Below, piece by piece: positions 1 to 14,623 of a stretch of 64,000 nt of DNA (positions are counted from its first letter, which is position 1; every line of letters starts with the position of its first letter). The stretch lies in NCBI RefSeq assembly GCF_009914755.1, contig NC_060943.1; one strand, 5' to 3'. The position numbers and the translations under genes were made by a program. Origin of the DNA: the human T2T-CHM13v2.0 reference genome, Homo sapiens. The notes below the pieces were generated by a model. That model was not told the DNA's origin, ran no database searches, and saw only the letters and a list, made by a program, of their open reading frames with translations.

Positions 1-183
1 GAGTGAGATTCCATCTCAATAAATAAATAAACATTTTTTGTGGATGTTTAATTCTCTCAGCCAGCCTATGAAGGAGCTACTGTCACAGGAAAGGAACAGA
101 ACATAATTAAAAGCTAGGTTCTAAAGTCAGACTACCTGGGTTCTAATTCTCTCTCTGACAGTCACAAGCTATAAGATTTTTCA

Positions 184-1590
<1,407 letters not shown>

Positions 1591-1738
1591 CCCCTAAGGC
1601 ACAGAGAAGTGAAGTAACATGTTCAAGGGCACGCAGCAAGGAAGAGGCAAAGTCAGCATTTGCCTGGAGCTCCCGGACATCCAAGTGGCCCCATTCCACA
1701 CAATCTCCCAGGGTCTGACCGCCCACATCCCCGCTCAC

Positions 1739-1887
1739 CTGGCTGGTGTGATTAGCACCCATTTGCAGCAACATGTGGACACAATCCAGCCTGTCTCGGG
1801 CCTGTGTGCTCAGCACCCGGGGACAGAGGTCGGAAGGGCGCATAGCAACGTTAAGGGCCAGGATGGCCGTGTGGAGCGGGGTGAGGC
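1739..1887 (-). CDS. NFKBID: NFKBID ankyrin exon LTPLHTAIL...GANHTSQ; remaining exons lie left of the window
   Basis: Acceptor ttctgcag|GC, donor CAG|GTGAGC; TPLH motif. Confidence 0.95.
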
Positions 1888-1976
1888 CTGCAGAATGGAG
1901 ACAGTGAGGGACCCGCATCTGCACCCACCTCGCCCAGCCACACCAACCACACCAGCCCTGCCCACACCCAACTTAC

Positions 1977-2028
1977 CCTCGAAGTCTCTGGCTTCCAGGT
2001 CAACCTGGACCCCAGAGTTAAGCACAGC
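1977..2028 (-). CDS. NFKBID: NFKBID exon AVLNSGVQVDLEARDFE(G)
   Basis: Acceptor ttcctcccag|GCT, donor GAGG|GTAAGT; 52 nt. Confidence 0.95.
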
Positions 2029-2150
2029 CTGGGAGGAAGAGAAGGCAGACTGCTGGGTAAGGGTATCCCCTGGCCTCCTGGCCCTGGAAGCCAAAATCTG
2101 GGCAACCAGTCTACCCCCCAGACAAACCCCTGCCTGCCAGCTGGCCATAC

Positions 2151-2297
2151 CAAGAGAACTCCTGGGAGCCCGTAGGTAGCGGCCACGTGCAAGACCGAAC
2201 GTCCCTGATGGTCAGCGGCATTGGGCTCTGCTCCCAGGTTCAACAGATCCTCCACAATCAGGGGCTGGTTGGCAGCAGCCGCCACCAGGAGAGGGGT
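2151..2297 (-). CDS. NFKBID: NFKBID ankyrin exon TPLLVAAAANQ...GLPGVLL
   Basis: Acceptor ctgcag|ACC, donor TTG|GTATGG; 147 nt; TPLL and SVLHVAA ankyrin motifs. Confidence 0.95.
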
Positions 2298-2484
2298 CTG
2301 CAGGCCACAGGAGAAGTCAGGTTGGGCTCCTGGTTCCCTCCCGTCAGAAAACCAGGCTCCCAGCCCCATCCCCCCTCAGCCCCAGGAGCTCACCCCCCAT
2401 TCCCCTCTTCTCTAGGATCCAGGGGTCCAGGCCCCAGGCTCCTTCCTCCCCTGAACCCAGGAGAGTTCAGGCCCCAAGCCTCAC

Positions 2485-2590
2485 CTTGCCCTTATGCTCA
2501 CGAATGTCAAGACGCCGGTACACCTGGAGCACCTCAGCCGCAGCATATGCCGCCCAGCGCAGCCCCCGAGCCGCAAACAGGTGAAGGAGC
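2485..2590 (-). CDS. NFKBID: NFKBID ankyrin exon LLHLFAARG...EHKGK
   Basis: Acceptor gtcctcag|G, donor AAG|GTGAGG; ankyrin motif. Confidence 0.95.
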
Positions 2591-2671
2591 CTGAGGACAG
2601 GTGGGGGACAGCCGTGAGAACAGCCCCCACCAAGCCAAGAGTCTGCAGACAACCCTATCCCTTATACTCAC

Positions 2672-2817
2672 GTGTCCCCCTCCTCATCCTGGGCCAGCAG
2701 CTGCTGTGGCCCCAAAGCCAGCATGTGAGCTCGGGCCACCTCCAGCGATGGTCCAGGGACCACAGCGGGGAACTGTGGGGGTCCTGAAGGGGGTGCAGAA
2801 ACTCTCCAGGGTCCAGC
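2672..2817 (-). CDS. NFKBID: NFKBID exon AGPWRVSAPP...LAQDEEGD(T)
   Basis: Acceptor ctgccacag|GCT, donor AC|GTGAGT; DEEGDT is the start of the first IkB-type ankyrin repeat. Confidence 0.95.
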
Positions 2818-3017
2818 CTGTGGCAGAGAAGATCCTACATAGAACTGGGTGTCTGGGGGGTCCTGGAGGGTGCAGGTGGTGGGGAGACCCAGTCAGCTGA
2901 GAATTCCTCCATCCCAAGCCACCACACACACATCTGCATGCAGAGCCCCTGGGTATCCCATCTATGCCAAGTGACCTTGGACCTTTAGGCCTCAGTTTTG
3001 CCCACCTGGAAAAGGGT

Positions 3018-3321
<304 letters not shown>

Positions 3322-3409
3322 TGAGCTCCAGACATCTCAGAATACTGCAGGAGTGCAACTGCGAATTTTTAGGGGCCCTTCAGCATCCTGTACCCACTCT
3401 GTATCTCAC

Positions 3410-3615
3410 CTCCATGCCCTGGGGAAATGGGCACGGCTGCCCTGGGTCCGAGGGTGGGTAGAAGTCAGGAGGCAGGAAATTTTCGGCAGCAGAAGCAGGG
3501 CAAGAGTAGGGGCTGTCAGTGTAGGCAGCATGCGTGTTGGGGTCCCAGTCTGGAAAGCCCAGGCTGCTAGGTCCAGAACCCACAGTCTCCGAGTGTGCTG
3601 GGAAGGGAGGGTGGC
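3410..3615 (-). CDS. NFKBID: NFKBID exon ending ...PFPQGME; contains the ATG (3415) of the classical 313-aa IkBNS
   Basis: Acceptor ttacacgcag|GC, donor ATGGAG|GTGAGA; ME joins AGPWRVS, the recognised IkBNS N-terminus. Confidence 0.88.
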
Positions 3616-4230
3616 CTGCGTGTAAGAGGAGGGGCAGGGGCAGGTCTGGTTACCAGAGTTGGGGACGTCACATCCAGGGCTAGAGGGCCTGGCGTCTCCC
3701 AAGGTACTGAGAGTTAGTACTTCTGGGACACCAAGCGCCCGGGACCTGGATTCCTGGGACACTGAGGAATTGAGGGCCTGGACTCCTGGGGCACTAAAAA
3801 GGCTGAGCCTGGGCCCTGGGGCTCCGTAGGACTATGTGCATAGACTACTGGACTCAAGAGAACCTAGGAAATCAGACTGCTACTGAGTTCCAGCAAGAAT
3901 GAGGGCCTACCAGCCTAGGCAACATAGCCAGACCCCGTTTCTACAAAAATTTAAAAAATTAGCCAAGCAAGGTGGCATCGCCTGTGGTCCCAGCTACTTG
4001 GGAGGCTGAGGCGGGAGGATCACTTGAGCCCAGAAGGTTGAGGCTGCAGTGAGCCAGATAGCGCCACTGCACTCCAGTGCCAGGGCAACAGAGTGAGATC
4101 CTGTCTCAGAAAAAAAAAAAAAAGGGAAGAATGAGGGCCTGACTCCCAGGTGTCCCAAAGTTCTGAGAGCTGCGATGTCTGAGTCCCTTAGGGAAGGGGG
4201 ATGGGGAGGCCGGGAGCTGAGAGAACTTAC

Positions 4231-4291
4231 CAGTCACAGCCTCATTCACAGATGGGGTCAGGGGCTGCTCTGGGGGAGGGAGAAATTGTCC
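4231..4291 (-). CDS. NFKBID: NFKBID N-terminal extension exon GQFLPPPEQPLTPSVNEAVT(G)
   Basis: Acceptor tctctacag|GGA, donor CTG|GTAAGT; 61 nt; frame matches both neighbours. Confidence 0.8.
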
Positions 4292-4477
4292 CTGTAGAGA
4301 CAAAAGCAAAAAGGAACCCAGGTGACTTTATCTGGCAGATTCCTCCGGGTCTGTCTCGGATCTATAAGACATTTCGGTCAGGACCACCCCTCTCATCAGC
4401 CCCGAGGGCCCGGCAAGCCGCTGAGTCCCTACGGGACAGCACGGGGCCTCCGGAGAGCTGTGGCTCCCTGGCCTCAC

Positions 4478-4581
4478 CTGCACCCCGCCAGCGTCGGGCT
4501 GCTGCTGCTGGCGGCGCCTCTGCTCTTCCAGAAGCTTCTTCACGGTTTGCGTTGGGCAGTGGCTGCGCTCACCCCTGCTCA
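4478..4581 (-). CDS. NFKBID: NFKBID N-terminal extension exon (V)SRGERSHCPTQTVKKLLEEQRRRQQQQPDAGGVQ
   Basis: Polypyrimidine acceptor ctcctctcccgcacag|TG, donor CAG|GTGAGG; 104 nt, open and in frame with the downstream exons. Confidence 0.8.
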
Positions 4582-5055
4582 CTGTGCGGGAGAGGAGAGG
4601 GGGAAGTCATCAAGGGTCCTTAAGTCACCTAAATGCCGCGGGGGTGGCGCGCGGGGAGTGGGTTTGGGCACCCTCCTCGCCCTCCCGCGCGGAAAAACTG
4701 GCACATAGATGCCGCCTGACTCCTCCAAAGCCATTAGAAGATTTGGGGTGGGGCATCCGCCTCCGCCGTTTCCTTCCTTTTGCTCCGCACTTTCCCTCTG
4801 ACCCAACTTTCCACCACCGTCGCGGAAAGTGAGGAAGGGGGAGGAGGGCACCCCTCTGCAGCAACCACCCCACTTCCGTAAAAAAATTCCACCCCCAGAT
4901 ATCCAAGTTTTGAAGTCAGCGGGTTGGTGGGGGGCCGGCGCCAGGCGTCACTCCCTAGACGCACATCCAGGTTCCCAACATTTTTTTCCCTAGAACCTGA
5001 CCCGGAAATCAGGAGTCCCCAGCGCCCCTCCTCGAGAAGTCAAAGGCCTCACCCC

Positions 5056-5342
5056 GGGCCGGGAGCGGTGGCTCACGCCTGTAATCCCAACACTTTGAGA
5101 GGCCAAGGGGGGCGGATCACCTGAGGTCAGGTGGCCAACATGGTGAAACCCCGTCTCTACTAAAAATATAAAAATTAGCCGGGCGTGGTGGCAGGCGGCT
5201 GTATATCCCAGGTGAGGCAGGGGAAACACTTGAACCCGGGAGGCGGAGGTTGAGGTTGCAGTAAGCGGAGATCGCGCTACTGCACTCCAGCCTGGGCGAC
5301 AGAGAGAGACTCCATTAAAAAAAAAAAAAAAAAAAAAAAAAA
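5056..5342 (+). mobile_element. Alu
   Basis: Alu consensus, long A tail. Confidence 0.92.
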
Positions 5343-5834
5343 GGCCCATCCATACAGTCTCTTTTTCAGGCCCCAGGAATCTGGACCCTCAGTTCCTTCC
5401 TCTCTAGGACCTGGGAGCCCCAGTTCCCAAACTCCTTCCCACGACTCAGAAAGACAGAACCCTCACCCTTCCGAGCCTGGGTTCCGGCGGAGGAAGGGTT
5501 AAGTGGGGATTGCGCGGGGCGGGGGCGGGAGGAGGTGGCTCGGAAACAGCCCCGACGCGGCGCGCTGACGCCACGGCGCTCACGCAAGGGAATCTTCCAT
5601 CCTCCCCTTCCCCCCAAGTCCTGTGCCCCAGGTGTCCTGCTCCGAGGCGGGGCGCGCGGCCGAGCGTGGCGCTCGTGGAATCCCCGCGCAAGGGGAATTC
5701 CTGCTCAGCCCCGCACGGGTGGCCATCCGGAAATCCCAGGGCGGGGCAGAGGCAGGGTCACCGCCAGCGTAGACCCTGAGGCCAGGCTCCGGACCCTTCC
5801 CCACCGAGACCCACGCCGATTTTAAGCAACCACG

Positions 5835-5857
5835 CCCCCCCCCCCCCCCCCCCCCCC
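5835..5857. repeat. Poly(C)23 tract
   Basis: Direct count. Confidence 0.95.
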
Positions 5858-6206
5858 GCACTCAGCCTAGTCCCTGCTTCTAGGGGTAGGAGTCTCGGCT
5901 GCCAGCAACCCCTAGCACCTCCAAGGACCCAGAGATCCAGCCTCCCAAGCCTCCCAGCCCTTGCACCCTCGGGGCCCTGCGATCCTGGATCCCCAGGCCC
6001 CTGCACCCCCAGGACCCAGAAGTCTGGGATCCCAGCCGCCCCTCTGTCACGATCCACGATCCCCTCCTCCTCCAAACACCTAGGGCCCTCACTCTCGGGA
6101 TAAAGGACTGACGCTTCAGCTCCGTCCCTCAGGGCCTCGGGAGTCTTTCGATCCTCAGTCCCTCACTCTCTTAGGGGGCCGAACGCGTCCTGCCCGCGCC
6201 CATTAC

Positions 6207-6267
6207 CTCGGGGATTCCGTGGCGTGGATTGCGGGCCCCCAGGGCCGCGGCCTCGGCGCTGCGCCAG
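6207..6267 (-). CDS. NFKBID: NFKBID putative first coding exon, non-AUG (CTG) start; LAQRRGRGPGGPQSTPRNPR
   Basis: Minus strand reads gcgaggCTGg (A at -3, G at +4); 61 nt to a phase-1 donor CGAG|GTAATG, in frame with the phase-1 acceptor at 4581; lies in a CpG island below a TTTAAAA element. Confidence 0.7.
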
Positions 6268-6557
6268 CCTCGCTGTTTCCCCCGCGGAGCCGCCGCCGGG
6301 TCCCCGATCTTGGGTCCGGTACCCGCGAGTTTTTAAACTAGGGGTTATGGCACCGCCCAGTCCTGGGCAGGGCCCGCCCACAGGCCTGGGAGTCCCCGGG
6401 TCGCGCTCCGGCGAACGCAGTCCCTGAATGGGCGCGGCGGACTTGGGAGGCGGACTACTCAGTCCCCCCGGGAAGGAGGGAGCTGGGGTCCAGATCTTTG
6501 CTCTGAAGGAGCCTAGGGCACCGGGCTCCAAGAGGAGGGAGAAACCGGGGGGCCTGG

Positions 6558-7620
<1,063 letters not shown>

Positions 7621-7699
7621 GGCCTCTCCCCTGCTTTCAAGATGCCATGCTCTCAGGGGTCCCCTCCCTCTTTCTCCATTTCCCTGGCAAAGTTCCTCC

Positions 7700-8170
7700 T
7701 CTTCCCCCATTCAGTGTGTGTTGTGATAGGGGCAGAATCCTGTCTGCACTCACTTCCTTGGTGATCTCACCCAGTCTTGTGGCTTTAAGTACCATCCATA
7801 AGCCATCAACCCCCAAATTTACATCTCCAGACCAGCCTTATCCCCTGAACTCCTAAATGCAGTGAGGTTATTCAGCATCTCCACAGGGAGATTGTCAGGC
7901 ATTTCCAACCCTGTATGCCCAAACCTCGTCACTTTCCCCGCAAACCCACTTCCCTACCTTTCATCTCTGCCAGCAGACACTCCCATCTTCTCAGCGTTTC
8001 ATGCCAGAAGGCTTGGCTGTCTAGGATCCCTCTCAAACACACCCACATTCATTTAATCAGCAAATTTTCTTGGCCCTACCTCCAAAATATTTCCAGATCT
8101 CCCTAGCCTGCACACCCTTGCCACCTGTCATTCCCACTTGGACCAGGCCAGCAGCCTCCCTGGTCTCTCT
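7700..8170. mobile_element. Old L2-like fragment
   Basis: Resembles L2 sequence (TTTAAGTACCATC...CCAAATTTACATCTCCAG); by eye only. Confidence 0.55.
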
Positions 8171-8224
8171 GACCCTCCCCCTGAGTTCGTTCACCAAAGG
8201 CAGTAACGGAGACACCCCCTCAAC

Positions 8225-8345
8225 ACACACAGGAAGCAGATGGCCTTGACACCAGCAGGGTGACATCCGCTATTGCTACTTCTCTGCTCCCCCACAGTTC
8301 CTCTGGACTTCTCTGGACCACAGTCCTCTGCCAGACCCCTGCCAG
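8225..8345 (+). promoter_or_regulatory. HCST proximal promoter (ETS and E-box ACAGGAAGCAGATGG, RUNX GACCACA)
   Basis: Motifs at 8229-8243 and 8316-8322 directly upstream of the HCST ATG; function inferred. Confidence 0.5.
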
Positions 8346-8358
8346 ACCCCAGTCCACC

Positions 8359-8401
8359 ATGATCCATCTGGGTCACATCCTCTTCCTGCTTTTGCTCCCA
8401 G
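8359..8401 (+). CDS. HCST: HCST/DAP10 exon 1, signal peptide MIHLGHILFLLLLP
   Basis: Kozak ccaccATGa; donor CCAG|GTGAAG. Confidence 0.96.
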
Positions 8402-8759
8402 GTGAAGCCAGTGGTTACAGGGGATGGTAGGCAGAGCGTTTGTGAGATGGGTGCTTGGGTGACGTCTGCAGGGACGGGTGATGAAAGTGGGGTTCTTCTC
8501 CCTGCACCCCTTCCCTTCTGGGAGATCCATTCTGCTTCAGGGCCTGGGTCCTTGGGGGCGGAAGGGGGTGAGACAGGGAGTTCTGGAGGGGCTGCCTGTT
8601 AGCGTCCCCTTCTCATGGCTGGGTCTCTGCTGCCACTTCCAATTTCTTGTCACTCTCCATGTCTCTGGGAGTCCCCTTCCCATGTGGTCCTGTTCCATCT
8701 CTCCAGCCTGGAGATTACTTCTCAGGACACTACCTTTCCTTCTCTACACCCTATTTTTT

Positions 8760-9053
8760 GGTTTGTTTATTTTGAGATGGGGTCTTGCTCTGTTGTCCAG
8801 GCTGGAGTGCAGTGGCACAATCACGGCTCACGGCAGCCTTGACTTCCTGGGCTCAGGTGATCCTCCCAGCTCAGCCTCCCGAGTAACTGGGATTACAGGT
8901 GTGAACCAACACTTCCAGCTAATTTTTGTATTTCTTGTAGAGACGAGGTCTCACTATGTTGCCCAGGCTGGTCTCGAACTCCTGGGCTCAAGCGATCTTC
9001 CTGCCTCGGCCTCCCAAAGTGCTGGGATGACAGGCGTGAGCCACGGTGCCAGG
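8760..9053 (-). mobile_element. Alu in HCST intron 1
   Basis: Alu consensus. Confidence 0.92.
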
Positions 9054-9115
9054 CTGAGCATTCTGTTTTGTGGACCTTCTCTCCACCCTCATCCACCTTC
9101 TTTCTCTTTCCACAG

Positions 9116-9181
9116 TGGCTGCAGCTCAGACGACTCCAGGAGAGAGATCATCACTCCCTGCCTTTTACCCTGGCACTTCAG
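9116..9181 (+). CDS. HCST: HCST exon 2 (V)[21 protein letters not shown]
   Basis: Acceptor tttccacag|TG, donor TCAG|GTATCA; 66 nt. Confidence 0.96.
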
Positions 9182-9536
9182 GTATCACTTCCACCCCAGA
9201 AGCTTGGCCAGAGGCTCCCAGAACACCCCAGTGGTTCTCCAGGTCACCATCCCACCTCCCGTCCCCAAATCAGAGGATCCGTGTCCTTCTCCGAGTCCCA
9301 GAATCAGCGACCCCCAGCCTGTGTTCAGGAGCACCCCGTGTGCCCGCCGCACAGCCCCGAGGGTCCTGGGACACCCCAGCCTCTCTGCATCTGTCTCCCG
9401 TTTCATTCCCCAAGCGCAACTCCAAGGAACCTGGGACCCGCCCCCTCGCAGGGGACTTCCTCTCTGCCTGTGGCCAAAGCACAGCCCCAGGACGCAGAGC
9501 TTGAGTTGTCTCCCTGTTCCGGCCCCCACTCTCCAG

Positions 9537-9668
9537 GCTCTTGTTCCGGATGTGGGTCCCTCTCTCTGCCGCTCCTGGCAGGCCTCGTGGCTGCTGATGC
9601 GGTGGCATCGCTGCTCATCGTGGGGGCGGTGTTCCTGTGCGCACGCCCACGCCGCAGCCCCGCCCAAG
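9537..9668 (+). CDS. HCST: HCST exon 3, CSGC motif and transmembrane helix with Asp
   Basis: Acceptor ctccag|GC, donor CAAG|GTGAGG; [44 protein letters not shown]. Confidence 0.97.
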
Positions 9669-9884
9669 GTGAGGGCGGAGATGGGCGGGGCCTGGAAGGT
9701 GTATAGTGTCCCTAGGGAGGGGGTCCCAGGGAGGGGGCCCTTGGGGAAGCCCTGGAGGAGGTGCTGGGGAAACCCTGGGGGAGGTGCCTGGGGGAACCCC
9801 TGAGGAAACCCCTGAAGCAGGGGGTCCCCAGGGAAGTGGAGATATGGGTGGTCAAGCTTCATGCTTTCTCTCCCCTATCCCCAG

Positions 9885-9925
9885 AAGATGGCAAAGTCTA
9901 CATCAACATGCCAGGCAGGGGCTGA
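9885..9925 (+). CDS. HCST: HCST exon 4 CDS, YINM PI3K/Grb2 motif; spliced CDS 282 nt = 93 aa
   Basis: Acceptor ccag|AAG; EDGKVYINMPGRG then TGA. Confidence 0.97.
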
Positions 9926-10016
9926 CCCTCCTGCAGCTTGGACCTTTGACTTCTGACCCTCTCATCCTGGATGGTGTGTGGTGGCACAGGAACCCCCGCC
10001 CCAACTTTTGGATTGT

Positions 10017-10022
10017 AATAAA
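10017..10022 (+). terminator. HCST polyadenylation signal AATAAA
   Basis: AATAAA ~90 nt after the stop codon. Confidence 0.85.
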
Positions 10023-10182
10023 ACAATTGAAACACCTGTAGTCGTATTCTTTCTCAAAGAACCCCAGAGTTCCCAAAGCCTCCCTCCCATGAACTGTTTC
10101 TGGATCCAAGGCCCCCTCAGAACCCCCACATGTCCCCATCCCATCAGCCCAAGGATCTGGCATAATGTTTTTGTGCTTCATG

Positions 10183-10188
10183 TTTATT
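10183..10188 (-). terminator. TYROBP polyadenylation signal AATAAA
   Basis: TTTATT on +, ~145 nt after the TYROBP stop. Confidence 0.85.
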
Positions 10189-10333
10189 TTAGGAGAGTAT
10201 TGGGGAGCGGTCTGGTCTCTCAGGGATGGCACTCTGTGGGTCTGTATCGCGGTAGGAGTTGGAATGAGGTGCAGGGTGGGCTTCAGGAATGGCTGGATCC
10301 AGGTATCATGTTGCTGACTGTCATGATTCGGGC

Positions 10334-10399
10334 TCATTTGTAATACGGCCTCTGTGTGTTGAGGTCGCTGTAGACATCCGACCTCTGACCCTGGAGCTC
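10334..10399 (-). CDS. TYROBP: TYROBP/DAP12 exon 5 ELQGQRSDVYSDLNTQRPYYK*
   Basis: Acceptor cctttag|GAG; second ITAM YxxL; spliced CDS 342 nt = 113 aa. Confidence 0.97.
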   Translation of the reverse strand, partial: ELQGQRSDVYSDLNTQRPYYK

Positions 10400-11296
10400 C
10401 TAAAGGAATGGGGGCCATCAGTGGAAGGGACCCACCAAATAAAATCCAGCCTTCTCCCAGTGGCCTGCAAGGCCCCTGGCAGCTTCTTCAGCCTTATAGC
10501 CATGAAAGAGATCCGGATTTTATTCAAGTACATTCAATGTTCCCCCTTCTCCTCTGCCTCATCAGTGTGCCCCAGCCTCAGGGTCCCTGCGTGTGCTGTT
10601 TCCTCTGCCTAAAACTCTGTTCCCCTAGATCCCCTCTCCCTTCAAGTCTCAGCTCACGTCACCTCCTCAGAGAGGCATTTCTCAATTTCCCCTCTGTAGT
10701 TTCTTCCCCCCACACTCCAGCCACTGTAAAAAAAAAAAAAAAAGCCTGTTTATTTCCTTTACTGTGCCTCCCAAAATTATTTTATTTGTTCATTTGCTTT
10801 AAGTTTGTCTTAACTAGGATATAAACTCTGTCACTGTGTCCCCAGCATTTAGCACTTATAGGTGCTAGACACATCCACAGAGGGAATAAATACATCCGGG
10901 TAATGCTTTGCCCTAAAATTTCACTGCCACCAGTAACTGGAAGGGCCCCTCGGTCTTCTGGATATCACAGAGCCAAACCTGAGATTCTTAGACTTCACAA
11001 AGAAACTTTATCCACAAGTGAGGTGAATAGGCAAAGCTGGTTGCAGACAATATATCAGACTTCACACAGCAGTGTTCACACTTGGGGTAGGGGGAGGATC
11101 TATGTGGCCCCCAGGGGCAGGCCTCAGACAGAAACCCTAAAATCATATATGATGACTAGTCTGGGCGTGCATTCTTCAGGGGAGAGGTCTTAGAGAATCT
11201 CATGACCCCCTAAAGGGTTAAAAAGGAACATTGACAGAGAGGGGGATAGATGACTAGATTCTCTTGTATACTCTATAGTTTTTAAAAAGAGCTTCA

Positions 11297-12780
<1,484 letters not shown>

Positions 12781-12982
12781 CCCTCTTCACACATTTTAAG
12801 CTGACCATAAGCTTGTGGTTGATCATTCGGCCCAGTTTTGGACAGATGTCCCATGTGCCTTCAAGGTTTGGGGGTGCTTTAGGCAGAGTGGCTTTGAGGT
12901 CCCTCTGATGGCATGAAGGAGTATCTGGGGCAGATATCCCTGGCAGGAGTGAAATGTGAGGAGGACAGTCTGGTTTTCTCAC

Positions 12983-13029
12983 CTGATAAGGCGACTCGGT
13001 CTCAGTGATACGCTGTTTCCGGGTCGCTG
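12983..13029 (-). CDS. TYROBP: TYROBP exon 4 (A)ATRKQRITETESPYQ
   Basis: Acceptor ccag|CAG, donor CAG|GTGAGA; first ITAM tyrosine. Confidence 0.97.
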
Positions 13030-13199
13030 CTGGAGGTGAGGGGTGTTGTGGGGTGCAGAGACAGGCAGAGTGGTGAGTTGAGGGTGTTTTGTCATTCCAA
13101 ATCAGCACCTCCATTACCATCCCTTTGGATGTTTGAGATCTGGGAGTTTACCCAGCCCCCCACCCCCATCTAGGCAAGTCCTCAGGATGTCCCCTGCTA

Positions 13200-13484
<285 letters not shown>

Positions 13485-13494
13485 CTAGGCCTAC

Positions 13495-13527
13495 CGCTCT
13501 GGGCCTGGGCCTGGACAGGACGGAGAC
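13495..13527 (-). CDS. TYROBP: TYROBP exon 2 (G)LRPVQAQAQS
   Basis: 33-nt symmetric exon; acceptor ctcag|GT, donor GCG|GTAGGC. Confidence 0.95.
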
Positions 13528-13932
13528 CTGAGGAGGAAAAAGAAGGTAAACTGAGGCACAGAGTTATGACGGGGGTGGGGGAGGCAAGTTTAGAAGCCAG
13601 GGAAGGTGGATCCTGACAGCCAAGAGGTTAGCAAGGGGGAGAGCGTGTCTGGCGGGACTCAGGGGGCTGGCGTCTGGGCCACCGGACTATGTGCGTTACT
13701 TCTGCACAACTTGTCCTGTGGCAACACACTTAGATGTCTCTTCTCCCCTGCTTGTAGCGGACGACAAAACTTGGGGGCTTGGGCTCTGGGAGAAACCCAC
13801 AGGCTTTGGGAGGTTGGGGACCTGCTCCCATCCCAACACCCACTTTTGGTTCTCTCGTTCCACCCCACTCCCTGCCCTGCCCCAAGCTGAGCCCAGGGAC
13901 CCGGGAGGCAGCCACGGAAGCCCCTAACTCAC

Positions 13933-13993
13933 CACTTACAGCCAGCAGGAGAGGCAGGAGCAGGAGCCTGCTGCAGGGTTCAAGTCCCCCCAT
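13933..13993 (-). CDS. TYROBP: TYROBP exon 1, signal peptide MGGLEPCSRLLLLPLLLAVS
   Basis: ATG at 13993; donor GTG|GTGAGT. Confidence 0.97.
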
Positions 13994-14039
13994 GAAGCCG
14001 GATGCTGCTGGACACCACAGTGTAAGGGCCGGTGGGATG

Positions 14040-14623
<584 letters not shown>

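Larger units (their letters stand above)
5480..6480 (-). promoter_or_regulatory. NFKBID CpG-island promoter and intron-1 regulatory region with several kB-like sites and a TATA-like TTTAAAA (6331-6337)
   Basis: High CpG density; kB-like sites at 5588, 5676, 5692, 5729, 6210, 6388; GC boxes. Confidence 0.75.

Noticed and set aside
8478-9803. 441-aa ORF across HCST
   Set aside because: Runs through introns and an antisense Alu (LECSG...SASQSAG) in a frame that does not match the HCST exons; chance GC-rich ORF
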